From an uncultured Chloroflexia bacterium (lineage in GTDB: Bacteria > Chloroflexota > Limnocylindria > Limnocylindrales > CSP1-4), in contig CAVRGP010000002.1 in the NCBI GenBank assembly GCA_963720755.1, positions 320,001 through 384,000 of the forward strand: a stretch of DNA of 64,000 bases, read 5' to 3'. Shown here in pieces: positions 51,955-64,000 of this stretch; positions within the stretch are counted from its first letter, which is position 1, and each line of letters starts with the position of its first letter. The position numbers and the translations under genes were made by a program. The notes beneath the pieces were generated by a model. It had not been told where the DNA came from and made no database searches. It worked only from the letters and a program-made list of their open reading frames with translations.

Positions 51955-53958
51955 TCAGGCGTCGGCGACCGCTCCGGCGAACTGCGCGTTGTACAGGTCC
52001 GCATAGGCCCCACCGCGGGTCAGCAACTCATCGTGGGTGCCCTGCTCGACGATCGACCCGGACTGCATCACCAGGATCAGGTCGGCGTCCCGGATCGTCG
52101 ACAGTCGATGGGCGATGACGAAACTTGTCCGGTCGGCGCGCAGTGCGGCCATGGCGTGCTGCACCAGCACCTCCGTCCGGGTGTCCACCGAACTCGTTGC
52201 TTCGTCCAGGATCAGCAGTGCCGGGTTCGCCAGGAACGCCCGGGCGATGGTGATCAGCTGCTTCTCGCCGGCGCTGATGTTGCTGCCCTCGTCGTCGATG
52301 AGCGTGTCGTATCCGTCGGGCAGTGAGTGCACGAACCGGTCGACGTAGGTGGCTCGCGCGGCGGCCATCAACTCCTCCTCGGTGGCATCGGGCCGGCCGT
52401 AGGCGATGTTGTCCCGGATGGTGCCGGCGAACAGCCAGGTGTCCTGCAGCACCATGCCGATCCGGGACCGCAGATCGGCCCGCGTCATCTCCGCGACGTC
52501 CACGCCGTCCAGGGTGATCCGGCCGGCGTCGATCTCGTAGAACCGCATGATCAGGTTGACCAGGGTGGTCTTGCCGGCGCCGGTCGGCCCGACGATGGCC
52601 ACCGTCTGCCCGGGGGCGGCCGCGAGCGAGAGGTTTTCGATCAACGGGCTCTGCGGGTCGTAGCTGAAGGCGACGTCGTGGAACTCCACCCGGCCCCTGG
52701 CGTCAAGCACCCGGGCCGGCTCGACCGGGTCCGGCGACTGCTCCTCCGCGTCCAGGAACTCGAAAACCCTTTCTGCCGAGGCGATCCCGGACTGCAACAC
52801 GTTGGCCATCGAGGCCAGTTGGGTCAACGGCTGGGTGAACTGCCTGGAGTACTGGATGAACGCCTGCACGTCCCCGAGCGACATGGTGCCGGAGGCCACC
52901 CGCAGGCCGCCGACCACCGCGATCGCGACGTAGGTCAGGTTCCCGATGAACATCATCGACGGCATGATGATCCCGGAGATGAACTGAGCGCCGAACGAGG
53001 CCCGGTACAGCTCGTCGTTCTTGGCATCGAAGGCCGCCTGCGCGTCGGCCTGCCGGCCGAAGACCTTCACCAGGCTGTGTCCGGTGAACGTCTCCTCGAC
53101 CCGGGCGTTGAGCTCGCCGGTGCTGCGCCACTGCGCGATGAACCGCGGTTGCGAGCGCTTGGCGATCAGCGTGGTGACGACCAACGACAGCGGGATCGCG
53201 ATCAGTGCGACCAGCGCGAGCAGCGGCGAGATGATCAACATCATCGTCAGCACCCCGACCACGGTGAGCAGCGAGGTCAGCGTCTGGGACAGGGTCTGCT
53301 GCAGGGACTGGGAGATGTTGTCGATGTCGTTGGTGACCCGGCTGAGCACCTCGCCGCGCTGGTGTTTGTCCAGGTAACTCAGCGGCAGCTTGTTCAGCTT
53401 GTCCTCGACCTCCGCCCGCAGCTTGAGGATGGTGCGTTGCACGATGCCGTTGAGCAGGTAACCCTGCAGGTAGGCGAAAACCGACGACAGCACGTACAGC
53501 ACCAGGACGATCATCAGCACCGACCCCAGCGCGCTGAAGTCGATGCCCTGACCGGGGGTCACCGTCATCCCGGAGAGGAGGTCGGCGAAGGAGTCGTTGC
53601 CCTCTGCGCGGGCGCCGTCGATGGCCTGCTGCTGGGTGATGCCCGCGGGCAGCTGCTTGCCGACGATGCCGTCGAAGATGATGTTGGTGGCGTTGCCGAG
53701 CAGCTTGGGGCCGAGCACCGCGAACACCACACTGATCACGCCCAGCAGCACCACGAAGATCAACCCGATGCGCTCGGGCTTCATCCGGCGGAGCAGCCGT
53801 TTGGCGGACGGCACGAAGTTCAGCGACTTTTCGGCGGGCATACCCATGCCGCCGAACGGACCGCCGCCACCCCCGGGACCGGTGCGGGGCGGGGGAGCGA
53901 ACTTCGGCCGCTCCGGTGCGGCAGCGACCGGCGCCGGCCGCTTGTCGGTGCTCGTCAT
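51955..53958 (-). CDS. ABC exporter TMD-NBD subunit (Rv1272c-like)
   Basis: [23 protein letters not shown] and IAHRL. Confidence 0.93.
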   Translation of the reverse strand: MTSTDKRPAPVAAAPERPKFAPPPRTGPGGGGGPFGGMGMPAEKSLNFVPSAKRLLRRMKPERIGLIFVVLLGVISVVFAVLGPKLLGNATNIIFDGIVGKQLPAGITQQQAIDGARAEGNDSFADLLSGMTVTPGQGIDFSALGSVLMIVLVLYVLSSVFAYLQGYLLNGIVQRTILKLRAEVEDKLNKLPLSYLDKHQRGEVLSRVTNDIDNISQSLQQTLSQTLTSLLTVVGVLTMMLIISPLLALVALIAIPLSLVVTTLIAKRSQPRFIAQWRSTGELNARVEETFTGHSLVKVFGRQADAQAAFDAKNDELYRASFGAQFISGIIMPSMMFIGNLTYVAIAVVGGLRVASGTMSLGDVQAFIQYSRQFTQPLTQLASMANVLQSGIASAERVFEFLDAEEQSPDPVEPARVLDARGRVEFHDVAFSYDPQSPLIENLSLAAAPGQTVAIVGPTGAGKTTLVNLIMRFYEIDAGRITLDGVDVAEMTRADLRSRIGMVLQDTWLFAGTIRDNIAYGRPDATEEELMAAARATYVDRFVHSLPDGYDTLIDDEGSNISAGEKQLITIARAFLANPALLILDEATSSVDTRTEVLVQHAMAALRADRTSFVIAHRLSTIRDADLILVMQSGSIVEQGTHDELLTRGGAYADLYNAQFAGAVADA

Positions 53959-55688
53959 GCCGCCACCTCCGCCGCCAGCTGGGACTGCACGATCTCGATG
54001 AAGGTCGGGCAGCTATCGATCAATTCGTCGTAGCTTCCGTTGCCGACGATGAGCCCGTCCTCCAGGACGATGATCTGGTCGGCGTCGGCGATGGTCGACA
54101 CCCGTTGCGCGACGATGATCACCGTCTTGTCCCTGGTCGTGGGTCTGAGCGCGGCTCGCAGCCGGGCGTCGGTGGACAGGTCCAGCGCCGAGAACGAATC
54201 GTCGAACAGGTAGATGTCCGGCTTCGCGACGAGCGCCCGGGCGATCGCGAGGCGCTGCCGCTGCCCGCCGGACACGTTCGACCCGCCCTGCGAGATCGCC
54301 GATTCCAGCCCGTCGGGCATGGCCGCGACGAAATCGCGGGCCTGCGCGATGCTCAGGGCGGTCCACAGGTCCTCGTCGGTGGCCGCCGGGTTGCCGTAGC
54401 GCAGGTTGGACGCCACCGTCCCGGAGAAAAGGAACGGCTTCTGCGGCACCAGACCGATGCGGTCCCAAAGTTGGTCGGGTTCGAAGTCCCGGACGTTCAC
54501 GTCATCGACCTTGACGGCGCCCGCGGTGGCGTCGAACAGCCGCGGGATGAGCGAGAGCAGGGTGGTCTTCCCGGCGCCGGTGGAGCCGACGATCGCGGTC
54601 GTGGTGCCGCGCCGGGCCCGCATCCTGATGTTGCGCAGCACCGGTTCGCTGGCACCGGGGTAGCTGAATTCCACGCCGTCGAGCAGCACGTCGCCGGTGC
54701 GGGTGGCGGGGTTGATGGGCTTCGCCGGCGGCACGACGGAGGATTCCGTGCGCAGCACCTCGCTGATCCGGTCGGCGCTGACGGCGGCCCGCGGGACCAT
54801 CACGGCCATGAAGGTGGCCATCATCACCGACATCAGGATCTGCATCAGGTAGTTGAGAAACGCCATCAGGGCGCCGATCTCGATGTCGCCGTTCTCCACC
54901 CGGTGACCACCGAACCACAGCACCGCAACGCTGGACGCGTTCAGCACCAGCATCACGGTAGGGAACATCAGCGCCATCAGCCGGCCGGCCCGGACCGCGG
55001 TGTCGGTCAATTCCTGGTTGGCACCGGCGAACCGGCGGGTCTCCAGGGGCTCCCGGACGAAGGCCCGGACCACCCGCACGCCGGAGATCTGCTCGCGCAG
55101 CACCCGGTTCACCACGTCGATCCGCGCCTGCATCAACCGGAACTGCGGGACCATCCGCACCACGATCAGGCTGATCGCGACGATCAGCACCGGCACGCTG
55201 ACCAGCAGCAGCCAGGCCAGTCCCAGGTCGGTACGGAGCGCCATGATGACGCCGCCGACGCACATGATCGGCGCGGCAACCAGCAGGGTGCACGTCATCA
55301 GCACCAGGATTTGCACCTGCTGCACGTCGTTGGTGTTGCGGGTGATCAGCGTGGGGGCACCGAAGGAGGCGACCTCGCGGTCGGAGAAGGTCCCTACCTG
55401 GTGAAACAGCGAGGCCCGGACGTCCCGGCCGAAGCCCATCGCGGTGCGGGCGCCGAAATAGACGGCGATGATGGTGCAGACGATCTGCAGAATCGTCACG
55501 CCCAGCATGATCCCGCCGGTGGAGATGATGACACCGGTGTCGCCCGTGGCCACCCCGTCGTCGATGATCTCGGCATTGAGTGCCGGCAGGTACAGCGAGG
55601 CGATGGTGCCGATGAGCTGGAACAGCACGACGGCGGCCAATGGGCCGCGGTAGGGGCGCAGGTAGGTGCGCAACAGTTGGAGCAACAT
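53955..55688 (-). CDS. ABC exporter TMD-NBD subunit (Rv1273c-like, degenerate site)
   Basis: [23 protein letters not shown] and VAQR. GGAGG RBS before ATG 55688. Confidence 0.93.
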   Translation of the reverse strand: MLLQLLRTYLRPYRGPLAAVVLFQLIGTIASLYLPALNAEIIDDGVATGDTGVIISTGGIMLGVTILQIVCTIIAVYFGARTAMGFGRDVRASLFHQVGTFSDREVASFGAPTLITRNTNDVQQVQILVLMTCTLLVAAPIMCVGGVIMALRTDLGLAWLLLVSVPVLIVAISLIVVRMVPQFRLMQARIDVVNRVLREQISGVRVVRAFVREPLETRRFAGANQELTDTAVRAGRLMALMFPTVMLVLNASSVAVLWFGGHRVENGDIEIGALMAFLNYLMQILMSVMMATFMAVMVPRAAVSADRISEVLRTESSVVPPAKPINPATRTGDVLLDGVEFSYPGASEPVLRNIRMRARRGTTTAIVGSTGAGKTTLLSLIPRLFDATAGAVKVDDVNVRDFEPDQLWDRIGLVPQKPFLFSGTVASNLRYGNPAATDEDLWTALSIAQARDFVAAMPDGLESAISQGGSNVSGGQRQRLAIARALVAKPDIYLFDDSFSALDLSTDARLRAALRPTTRDKTVIIVAQRVSTIADADQIIVLEDGLIVGNGSYDELIDSCPTFIEIVQSQLAAEVAA

Positions 55689-56427
55689 CACTGGCCTCCG
55701 GGGGGACGTGCTGACAAGATGTGACGGGTCGATTCGGTGGTGAACTGTTCGACGCGGGGTTGAGTCTTCCCCCGGCTCTGACTGCGGGGAAACTGTTTTC
55801 TGAGCGCTGATGCCGTGCATCAGCAGTTCGACGATCTCGCCGCTCGACATCGGGTGGCCCTCGTTGATCCGTGGGTGCACCCCGGCGAAGCTGATCAGCC
55901 GGAACATCCGGGCCGCCTCCGCCGGGGGCAGTCGGAGCGCGCCGCGGTGCGGCAGCAGCAGGTCCGTCAGCGCGTTGTTGACCTCGGTGAGGTCCGGTGG
56001 GGTGGTCGCGGTCGCGGGTCCGCCGGCGCTGTTCACCACGACGAACTTGGACATGTCGCGTTCGCTGCCGGGCGGTCCGGTGACGCGCAGCATCCACATG
56101 ATCTGACCGACGCTCTCGAAGCGCCGCCGCATCACCTCGACGGCCCGGATGAGGATCTGCTCGAGGTCCTCGACTTGGGTCGATGCTGCGCAATTCGTCG
56201 ACGAGCGGGGCCGGGTCCAGCACGCTGTGCACCACCGCGGTGATCAGCGCGTCCTTGTCGGCGAAGACCCGGAAGATGGTGCCCTCGGCGATGCCGGCGG
56301 CAGCGGCGATCTCCCGGGTGGTCACCGTCGCGCCGTGATCGCACACCAACGGCGTGGCGGCCGCGATGATGGCGGCGCGGCGCTCGTCCGCGGGCAGCGG
56401 GGCAGCTCTGCTGGGGGTTGAACTCAC
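55688..56427 (-). CDS. TetR family regulator (frameshift near 56172 and probably in the tail)
   Basis: VTTREIAAAAGIAEGTIFRVFADK HTH. A TGATG junction at 55686-55690 suggests the native stop. Confidence 0.85.
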
Positions 56428-56433
56428 CGCCGC

Positions 56434-56463
56434 ACCGTACTGAGTGAGGACTCACTCAGTCAA
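56434..56463 (-). promoter_or_regulatory. TetR operator palindrome inside a leaderless promoter
   Basis: ACTGAGTGAG-GA-CTCACTCAGT (56439-56460) between TTGACT (-35) and TACGGT (-10). GTG start 6 nt further. Confidence 0.85.
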
Positions 56464-56764
56464 GCAGATCTCGCGGAGAGCGAACGTCTGTTGCCACCGG
56501 GGCCAGCCGGGCTCAGAGGCCACAGCCCGGGTCACGGGTCGCGGAGACGGAAGAGCCCGGCTGTCCCTGTACGAAACAGGAAACAGCCGGGCTCTGGCGA
56601 GGTTCTCGGGTCCCGCCGCGGGTCGTGGTCATCGCCCGGTGGCGTGGTTGCGGTTGCCCGGGGAATGCCGTGATTCCAGGGTTGTCCGCATCAACGGCGC
56701 CAGCGACCGCGCTGATGGGGTGATCGAGAACTGATGACGGAAAAGGACTGTGGCTCCTTCTTGA

Positions 56765-57100
56765 TCACATCACCTTCCCCTCGGGATTCGACGAGCAGGA
56801 CATCTCCGGCGGCGGAGGCGACCGGGGTCCACCCGTCCGAGTTCCGGGTCGGTGGCCGGGTGATCCCGACGGAGCCTTTCCCGGCACTGAATCGGGCCCG
56901 ACGTCGGGCCCGGGCCGACCCGCCATCGATGGGCGGACGGGCCGTCGACGCACGGGTGGCACGAGCATTTCTGACGGCTCGCACACAATGGCGTCGAACT
57001 CCATGTCGAGCCATTCCGGCTCGGCACACACCAGGTCGATGAACTGTTGATCGATATCGGTTGGAGTTGTACCGCAGACGTTCTCACGATCACGAACCAT
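56765..57100 (-). CDS. Small hypothetical protein
   Basis: Strong GGAGGTGA RBS before ATG. DQQFIDLVCAEPEWLDMEFDAIV block, then a Pro-rich tail with RSPP. Confidence 0.55.
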   Translation of the reverse strand: MVRDRENVCGTTPTDIDQQFIDLVCAEPEWLDMEFDAIVCEPSEMLVPPVRRRPVRPSMAGRPGPDVGPDSVPGKAPSGSPGHRPGTRTGGPRSPPPPEMSCSSNPEGKVM

Positions 57101-57217
57101 TCTTCACCTCCCCGCAACAATGAACGTGAGTCCCTCGTGACGTGGTGATCTGCCTTTTTTATAGCACCACCGCGGTGGGGTGCTCAAGCGTTGCGGGGAG
57201 ATTTTTTTCCGACTCTC

Positions 57218-59033
57218 TCAGGTGACGATCCGCGGGTACTCCGGTCGCCACATGGCCTCGGTGACCTGCCTGATCGGGTCGTCGAACGTCGACCCGGGCC
57301 AGGCCCTCGCGCGACCGCGGTGTTGGCCACCGCGATGGCCACGGCCGCTGATACGGCGCGCAGATCGTCCATCGGCGGCAGCAGCGCCGCACCGCGGGTG
57401 TTCGCGTTGGACAGCCTTGGCCACCGCGTCGGCGGCCGCCGCGATCATCGCGTCACTGATCCTGGACGCCTTCGCGACGGTGACCCCCAGGCCCAGACCG
57501 GGGAAGACCAGCGCGTTGTTGGCCTGCGCGATCCGGTAGGTCGCCTCGTCGTGCACGACCGGCTCGAAGGGGCTGCCGGTGGCGGTGAGCACCTGGCCGT
57601 CGGTCCAGGCGATCAGGTCGTGCGGCAGCGCCTCGGCCTTGGACGTCGGGTTGGACAACGGCAGGATGATCGGCCGCTCGGTGTGCGCGGCCATGTCCTT
57701 CACGATGGCCTCGGTGAACGCGCCGGAATGGGTGGAGGTGCCGATCAGGATGGTCGGGTGTACCTGCGCGACGACCTCGGCCAGCCCGATCCGGTCCGCC
57801 CCGCCACCTGGCCAGGTGCTGACCTCGGCACGGGATCGGGCGTAGGGCTGCTGGAAGTCCAGCAGACCCGGCATGTCATCGACCATCAGGCCCTGGCTGC
57901 CCATCGGGTAGAACCGGCGCGGTGGCCTCCTGCGCGGTCAGTCCCTCCCGGACCATCTGGTCGCGCATCATGTCCGCGATGCCCAGGCCCGCGGTGCCGG
58001 CGCCGTAGATGACGATCCGCTGGTCGCTCAGCCGGGTGCCGGCCGCCCGGATCGCGGAGAAGATCGCCGCCAGCACGACGGCCGCAGTGCCCTGCATGTC
58101 GTCGTTGAAGGTGCAGACCTGGTCGGCGTACTTGTCCAGGATCCGGCGGGCGTTGGTGGCGCCGAAATCCTCCCAGTGCAGCATCGCGCTGGGGAACAGT
58201 TTGCTGACCGCGGCGACGTAGGCCTCGATCAGGTCGTCGTAACGATGGTCGCGGTAGCGGGCGTGCCGTTCGCCCAGGTACATGTCGTCGTTGAGCAGCC
58301 GAAGGTTGTCGGTGCCCATGTCCAGCACGACCGGCAGCACCCGGCGGGGGTGGATGCCGGCGGCGGCGGTGTAGACCGCGAGCTTGCCGATCGAGATCTC
58401 GATGCCACCGACGCCCTGGTCGCCGATCCCCAGGATGCCCTCGGAATCGGTGGCGACCAGCAGGTCGACGTCGTCCGGGCCGAGACCGGTGTTGCGCAAG
58501 GCGGTTTCGACGTCCTCGGGATGGTCGACGGACAGGTACACGCCGCGGGTGCGGCGGAACTCGTGGCTGAACCGTTCGATGGCCAGCCCGACGGTGGGGG
58601 TGTAGACGACGGGCAGCATCTCGCTGATGTGTTCGGACAGCAGCCGGTAGAACAGCACCTCATTGCGGTCCCGTAGGTTCGCCAGGTAGACCCACTTGCG
58701 CAGGTCGCTGGCCTGTTCGCTGTACTGCCCATAGACCCGGCGGAGCTGGCCCTCCAGGGTCGAGACGCCGGTCGGCAGCAGACCGGTCAGGCCCAGCGCC
58801 TCCCGTTCGGCCAACGTGAACGCGGTGCCGCGGTTGATCGTCGGCGAGGCCAACACGGAGCTGCCCCGCAGCCGGATGCTCGCCTCGACGCCGGTCGGGG
58901 TGACCACCAGTTCGTACGGCCGGCCGGCCGGCTTTGCCTGCGTCGCAGGGGGGTTCGGCTTGGCGGCAATCACCTCGGCGGTGATGTCGGACGCGTCGTC
59001 GGGTGCGCTCAGTGGGTAGTCCATCGTCGTCAT
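57218..59033 (-). CDS. NAD-dependent malic enzyme (frameshifts near 57918 and in the 3' part)
   Basis: NRGTAFT, PVVYTPTVG, ILGIGDQG, WEDF, FNDDMQGT, GAGTAGLG, PLSNPTS, ATGSPF and QANNALVFPG. Confidence 0.93.
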
Positions 59034-59322
59034 TGACTCTCCTCGTCGGAATTCGCTGCGGGCTCGATGATCACCCTGTCCCGATCCGAGCGCTGGGTCA
59101 CGCATAAGTACATAACGAAACCAACCGACAGGGCGTCGGCGGCCGGCGGACCTCGTTCGCTGCGGGCACGGTTGCGCAGGGGTTCGGAACTCCTCGGCAG
59201 TAGTCCGACCTAGGTGGTACGACAACCGATGTCCCTGGGTAGGTTGAGGCCGTCGGGGGCCTCGACCCTGCTGGCGATGCGCCAGGAAACTCGACCTCAC
59301 GCCAACGGCGGAAGGATTTTTC

Positions 59323-60835
59323 ATGCCCAGCGACAAGCCCAACGTCCTGCTGATCATGGCCGACGACATCGGCTGGTTCGATGTGGGCGCCTATCACCGC
59401 GGGATCATGGGCACCAAGACGCCGAACATCGACCGGATCGCTGCGCAGGGCGCGATGATGACGGACAACTATGCGCAGGCGAGTTGCACGGCCGGCCGCG
59501 CGGCCTTCATCACCGGGCAGATTCCGCTCCGCACCGGCCTGACGACCGTCGGGCTGCCCGGGGCCGAGCAGGGCATCCAGCCGAGCGACCCGACTCTCGC
59601 GGAGCTCTCAAGCCCGAGGGCTACCTCACGGCGCAGATCGGCAAGAACCACCTCGGTGACCGCAATAAGTTCCTGCCCGACCGTGCACGGCTTCGACGAG
59701 TTCTACGGCAATCTCTACCACCTCAACGCCGAGGAGGAGCCCGAGCAGCCGGAGTACCCGAAGGAGCTGCCGATCTTTCAGCGATGTTCATGCCGCGCGG
59801 CGTACTGGACTGCAAGGCGACCGATGTCGACGATCCCACGGTCGATCCGCGCTTCGGCCGGTCGGCAAGCAGACGATCCGCGATACCGGTCCGCTCACCC
59901 GCAAGCGGATGGAGACCATCGAGGAGGATCTGCTCGCGCACTCGCTGGACTTCATCGAGCGCTCCGTTGCGGCCGACGAGCCGTTCCTGCTGTGGCACAA
60001 CACCACCCGAATGCACGTCTGGACCCACCTGTCGGAGCAGTGGAAGGACAAGACCGGCCTGGGGGTCTACGCCGATGGCATGGCTGAACTGGACTGGGTG
60101 GTCGGGGAACTGCTCGCCAAGCTCGATGAGCTCGGCATCGCCGACAACACCGTGGTGGTCTTCGCCAGCGACAACGGCTCGGAGGCGTTCACCTGGCCGG
60201 ACGGTGGCACCTCCCCGTTCCGCGGCGAAAAAGGCCTGGGCTGGGAGGGCGGCTTCCGCTCGCCGCTGGCGATTCGCTGGCCGGGCACGATCCCGGCGGG
60301 CCAGGTACTGAACGGCATCTTCTCTCTCGAGGACATCGTGCCGACCGTGATGGCAGCGGCCGGTGTGCCGGACATCAAAGAGAAGCTGCTGGCGGGCCAT
60401 GACGCCGGCGACAAGCACTTCCGGGTGCACATCGACGGCTACAACCAGCTGCCGTACCTCAGCGGTGAGGTCGACGAGTCGCCTCGGCATGAGTTCTTCT
60501 ACTACGGCGAACAAGACCTGTTCGCGCTGCGTTACAACAACTGGAAAGTGCACTTCCAGACCAAGGACGACTGGTTCGGCGGAGCCTTGCTCAAGACCAC
60601 GGTTCCCCGGCCGGTCAATCTTCGGGTGGACCCGTTCGAGCGGCACATGGAGGATCCCTACTACCCGATCTACGCCGGCGAGAAGCTCTGGACGGTGCTG
60701 CCGGCGGCCGCTATGGTCGCGCAGCACATCGCGACGTTCACCGAATTCCCGCCCACCCAGGCGCCGCCGGACTTCAATCCGCAGGCGATCGTGGACAAGG
60801 TCGTGAACGCGGCGGCTCAGCGGCATGGGAACTAA
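59323..60835 (+). CDS. Arylsulfatase (Cys-type, several frameshifts)
   Basis: KPNVLLIMADDIG, TPNIDRIA, SCTAGRA, GKNHLGD, SDNG, GEKG and WEGGFR, across three frames. Confidence 0.92.
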
Positions 60836-60860
60836 GTCCCGGCAACGAAAGGGCGTGGGG

Positions 60861-61836
60861 GTGACCGGCAGCGAACCGGCGGCCGCGGACGGCCACCCCG
60901 GCATGCGGTGGATCCCCGGCGGGACTTTCCTGATGGGGTCCGATGGTGCATTATCCGGAGGAGGCGCCCGCACATTCTGTGGCCGTGGACGGGTTTTGGA
61001 TGGACACCGCCGCGGTGACGAACAAGCAATTCGGACGGTTCGTCGCCAGCACCGGCTATGTGACGCTCGCCGAACGCCCGCCCGACCCGGCGGACTATCC
61101 CGACGCCGACCCGACGCTGCTCAATCCGTCGTCATCGGTGTTCGTCAAGCCGCAGCAACGGGTCTCGCTGGACAACCCCTACAACTGGTGGACGTACATC
61201 CAGGGCGCGCAGTGGCGGCATCCGCAGGGCCCGAACAGCTCCATCCAAAAGCGGGGTGACCACCCCGTCGTGCACGTCGCCTGGGAGGACGTCGAGGCCT
61301 ACGCACAGTGGGCCGGGAAGGAGCTGCCGACCGAGGCCGAGTGGGAGTTCGCCGCGCGTGGCGGGCTCGACGGCGCTGCCTATGCCTGGGGGGACGAGTT
61401 GACCCCCGACGGCCGGTGGATGGCCAATACCTGGCAGGGCGAGTTCCCGATCCAGAACACCGGTGACGATGGCTTCGAGGGCACCGCACCGGTCGGCAGT
61501 TTCCCCGCCAATGGGTACGGACTGTTCGACATGATCGGCAACGTGTGGGAGTGGACCACCGATTGGTATCTCCCGCACGGTCAGCTCTCGCATACCTGCT
61601 GCACGGTCGAAAACCCCCGCGGCGGACGTCGTGAGGACAGCCTGGACCCCGCGCTGCAGGGGATCTCGATCCCTCGGCGGGTGATGAAGGGCGGATCGCA
61701 CCTGTGCGCGCCCAACTACTGCCAGCGCTACCGGCCCGCGGCACGAATGCCGCAGCACGTCGACACCTCGACATCCCACCTGGGATTTCGCTGCATCCTG
61801 CGATCTGAGAATCGAGGAGAACAGGCTGATGAGTGA
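60861..61836 (+). CDS. Formylglycine-generating enzyme (SUMF1 family; frameshift near 60945)
   Basis: IPGGTFLMGSD, YPEEAP, LPTEAEWEFAARGG, NGYGLFDMIGNVWEW, KGGSHLCAPNYCQRYR and HLGFRC. Confidence 0.93.
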
Positions 61837-62004
61837 CACCCCGCTGGCCAGTTGACGAGCCGGCAAGGTCAAGGACGCAATCCTGGATTTTCTGGACCGG
61901 GCGACCACCCCGGGCGGCACTGATTTCGCGGCACGGTGAAGGTCACGGAGCTGGGCTGGACCGTGGTCAGCATGGAACATGACCGGGACAACCTCTACGG
62001 ATAG
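61829..62004 (+). pseudogene. Internally deleted HAD-like hydrolase relic
   Basis: MSDTPLAS*RAGKVKDAILDFLDRATTPGGTDF joined almost directly to KVTELGWTVVSMEHDRDNLYG*, resembling the two termini of the sulfatase-associated HAD family. Confidence 0.65.
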
Positions 62005-62334
62005 CTGACCGACCGCTGAGGAGGCCAGCCGGCCTCCGACCTGACGGCGACCCGCATCACGAGCGGCGGTTCCGTCGGGGCGCCGGAGGACCATCGAATC
62101 GTTGACCCGGCATGGCAGTGGGGCACCCGCACGCGACCTTGCTGGCTGCAGTACGGAGCCATCCCCGCCCGAGTGGCTGCACGCCGGTGGGCCGCCCATC
62201 GTGGGGGACTAACGGTTCGTCGCTTTGCGATCGCCGCCGGTAAAAGTACCCGTTCCTCACTATCCGGCAATGACCTGCTCGTTTACTGTCAGCTGCGGTG
62301 TTCGGACCAACTCTTCTCCCCTGGTGAGGCGTGC

Positions 62335-63897
62335 ATGACGATTGACGGATCGGGAAAATCAGGCGGCGGGACCGGGCCACGGCCCGACGGTCACCACCAT
62401 CCGCAGGTCGAGAAGGGGCTGGCCGAAGGATCGGTGGGGTTACTGGGCGGCACCGTCCTCGGCATTTCCAGCGTCGCCCCGGCCTACGCGCTGACCGCCA
62501 CCATCGGGCTGGTGGTCGCGGTCGCCGGGGTGAAGATGCCGATCATCTTCATCGCCGGGTTCCTGCCGATGTTCTTCGCCGCGTACGCCTACCGCGAGTT
62601 CAACAAGGTCGACCCGGACTGCGGCACCTCCTTCACCTGGACCACCCGCGCCTTCGGGCCTTATGTGGGCTGGCTCGGCGGCTGGGTGGCGGTGATCGCC
62701 ACCATCATCGTGCTGGCCAACCTGGCCGGGATCGGAGTGCAGTTCCTCTACCAGTTGCTCGGCAGCATTTTCAGCAATCCGGAGCTCGGTGACCTGTGGC
62801 AGAACCGACTGGTCAACGTGCTGACCTGCCTGGCCTTCCTGGTGCTGGCGACCTTCATCGCCTACCGGGGCATCACCACCACTGAAAAGGTCCAGTTCGT
62901 GCTGGTCTTCTTCCAGCTCGCGGTGCTGGCGCTGTTCGTGATCATGGCTTTCGCGAAGGCCGGCGGGCCGGACGATCCGGACGGCATCCCGTTCTCCTGG
63001 GACTGGTTCAACCCGTTCACCGGGTTGACGGTCAGCGCGCTGGTCGCGGGCCTGTCGGCGTCGATCTTCTCGTTCTGGGGCTGGGATACCGCCCTCACCG
63101 TCAACGAGGAATCCAAGGATTCCGACAAGACCCCTGGCCGGGCCGCGCTGCTGTGCGTGGTGTCCATCCTGCTGACGTACCTGCTGGTGTCGGTGGCCAC
63201 TCTGATGTACGCCGGTGACGGTGACACCGGAAACGGGCTGGCCAACGAGGACATCCAGGACAACGTGTTCGGCGCACTGGCCGAGCCGGTGATGGGTGCG
63301 CCCTGGCACAACCTGCTCTTCCTGGCGGTACTGGCGTCCTCGGCGGCCAGCCTGATGACGACCTTCCTGCCGTCGACCCGCACGATGCTGGGGATGGCGT
63401 CGTACAAGGCGTTGCCTGCCCGGTTCGCCAGCATCCACCCGAAGTACCTGACTCCGGGTTTCGGCACGATCGTCGCGGGGATCATCGCCGGGACGTTCTA
63501 CGCGGTGCTGACCTTCATCTCCGAGTCGGTGCTGTTCGACACCATCCTGTCCCTCGGCCTGATGATCTGCTTCTACTACGGGCTGACCGCGATCGGCTGC
63601 ATCTGGTACTTCCGCAAGGAATTGTTCACGAGCTTCTACAACTTCATCTTCAAGTTCCTGTTCCCGCTGCTCGGCGGTCTCGGGCTCTGGTTCGTCTTCA
63701 TCGTGACCATCCGGGACAGCGCGGATCCGGAGTACTCGGGGTCGAGCGTGTTCGGGGTGGGTACGGTCCTCGTGCTCGGGCTCGGGTTCATCCTGATCGG
63801 CGTGGTGTTCATGCTGATCTGGCGCGCGAAGGCCCCGGCCTTCTTCCGCGGCGAGACGTTGCGTCGGGACACGCCGACGCTGATTGTCCCGGAGTAG
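62335..63897 (+). CDS. APC family amino acid/polyamine permease
   Basis: GISSVAPAYAL, PDCGTSFTW, FWGWDT..VNEE and IHPKYLTP. About 12 TM segments. Confidence 0.92.
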   Translation: MTIDGSGKSGGGTGPRPDGHHHPQVEKGLAEGSVGLLGGTVLGISSVAPAYALTATIGLVVAVAGVKMPIIFIAGFLPMFFAAYAYREFNKVDPDCGTSFTWTTRAFGPYVGWLGGWVAVIATIIVLANLAGIGVQFLYQLLGSIFSNPELGDLWQNRLVNVLTCLAFLVLATFIAYRGITTTEKVQFVLVFFQLAVLALFVIMAFAKAGGPDDPDGIPFSWDWFNPFTGLTVSALVAGLSASIFSFWGWDTALTVNEESKDSDKTPGRAALLCVVSILLTYLLVSVATLMYAGDGDTGNGLANEDIQDNVFGALAEPVMGAPWHNLLFLAVLASSAASLMTTFLPSTRTMLGMASYKALPARFASIHPKYLTPGFGTIVAGIIAGTFYAVLTFISESVLFDTILSLGLMICFYYGLTAIGCIWYFRKELFTSFYNFIFKFLFPLLGGLGLWFVFIVTIRDSADPEYSGSSVFGVGTVLVLGLGFILIGVVFMLIWRAKAPAFFRGETLRRDTPTLIVPE

Positions 63898-64000
63898 CCG
63901 AAGATGTACTGTTCGTGAGCCTCGAACGGGTCGCCTTCTGATCCATTCGACTTGTTTCACGCTGCATTCGCTCACAGACACATTCGGACGGACGGCAATC

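Noticed and set aside
53955-56135. Apparent TetR C-terminus fused to an ABC transporter (726 aa)
   Set aside because: A GGAGG RBS and a TGATG stop/start junction at 55686-55690 indicate two genes. The TetR gene already carries another indel.

Overview
A 64-kb segment of a high-GC actinobacterial chromosome, judged from a SAM-IV riboswitch, a tRNA Glu-Asp-Phe cluster, and Rv0313-like and Rv1272c/Rv1273c-like genes. The first half carries an arabinose block (sugar porter-araD-araA, no araB), a secreted DUF1524-excalibur lipoprotein, a degenerate ABC ATPase with a YhgE/Pip protein, MarR-MFS efflux, a SAM-IV-controlled cysteine desulfurase-like gene, a GH13/LacI pair and three tRNAs. An accessory stretch follows with a beta-carbonic anhydrase, DUF4395 and a nickel-pincer cofactor operon (larE-larB-larC-HAD) that has no larA in the window. 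The second half carries gluconate genes, an ABC/FtsX exporter and a glucose-type porter. It also carries a flavoprotein/non-heme haloperoxidase/fluoroacetate dehalogenase/cupin operon divergent from a REC + NarL + SnoaL-6xGAF histidine kinase system, with a 22-bp candidate operator present twice. The window ends with a DEAD-box helicase, a TetR-ABC exporter, malic enzyme, arylsulfatase-FGE with a deleted HAD relic, and an APC permease. Many genes carry single-base, mostly +1, frameshifts that look like long-read consensus errors, so apparent fusions and pseudogenes need caution. I saw no integrase, transposase or CRISPR array. Family assignments come from recalled motifs, not database searches.
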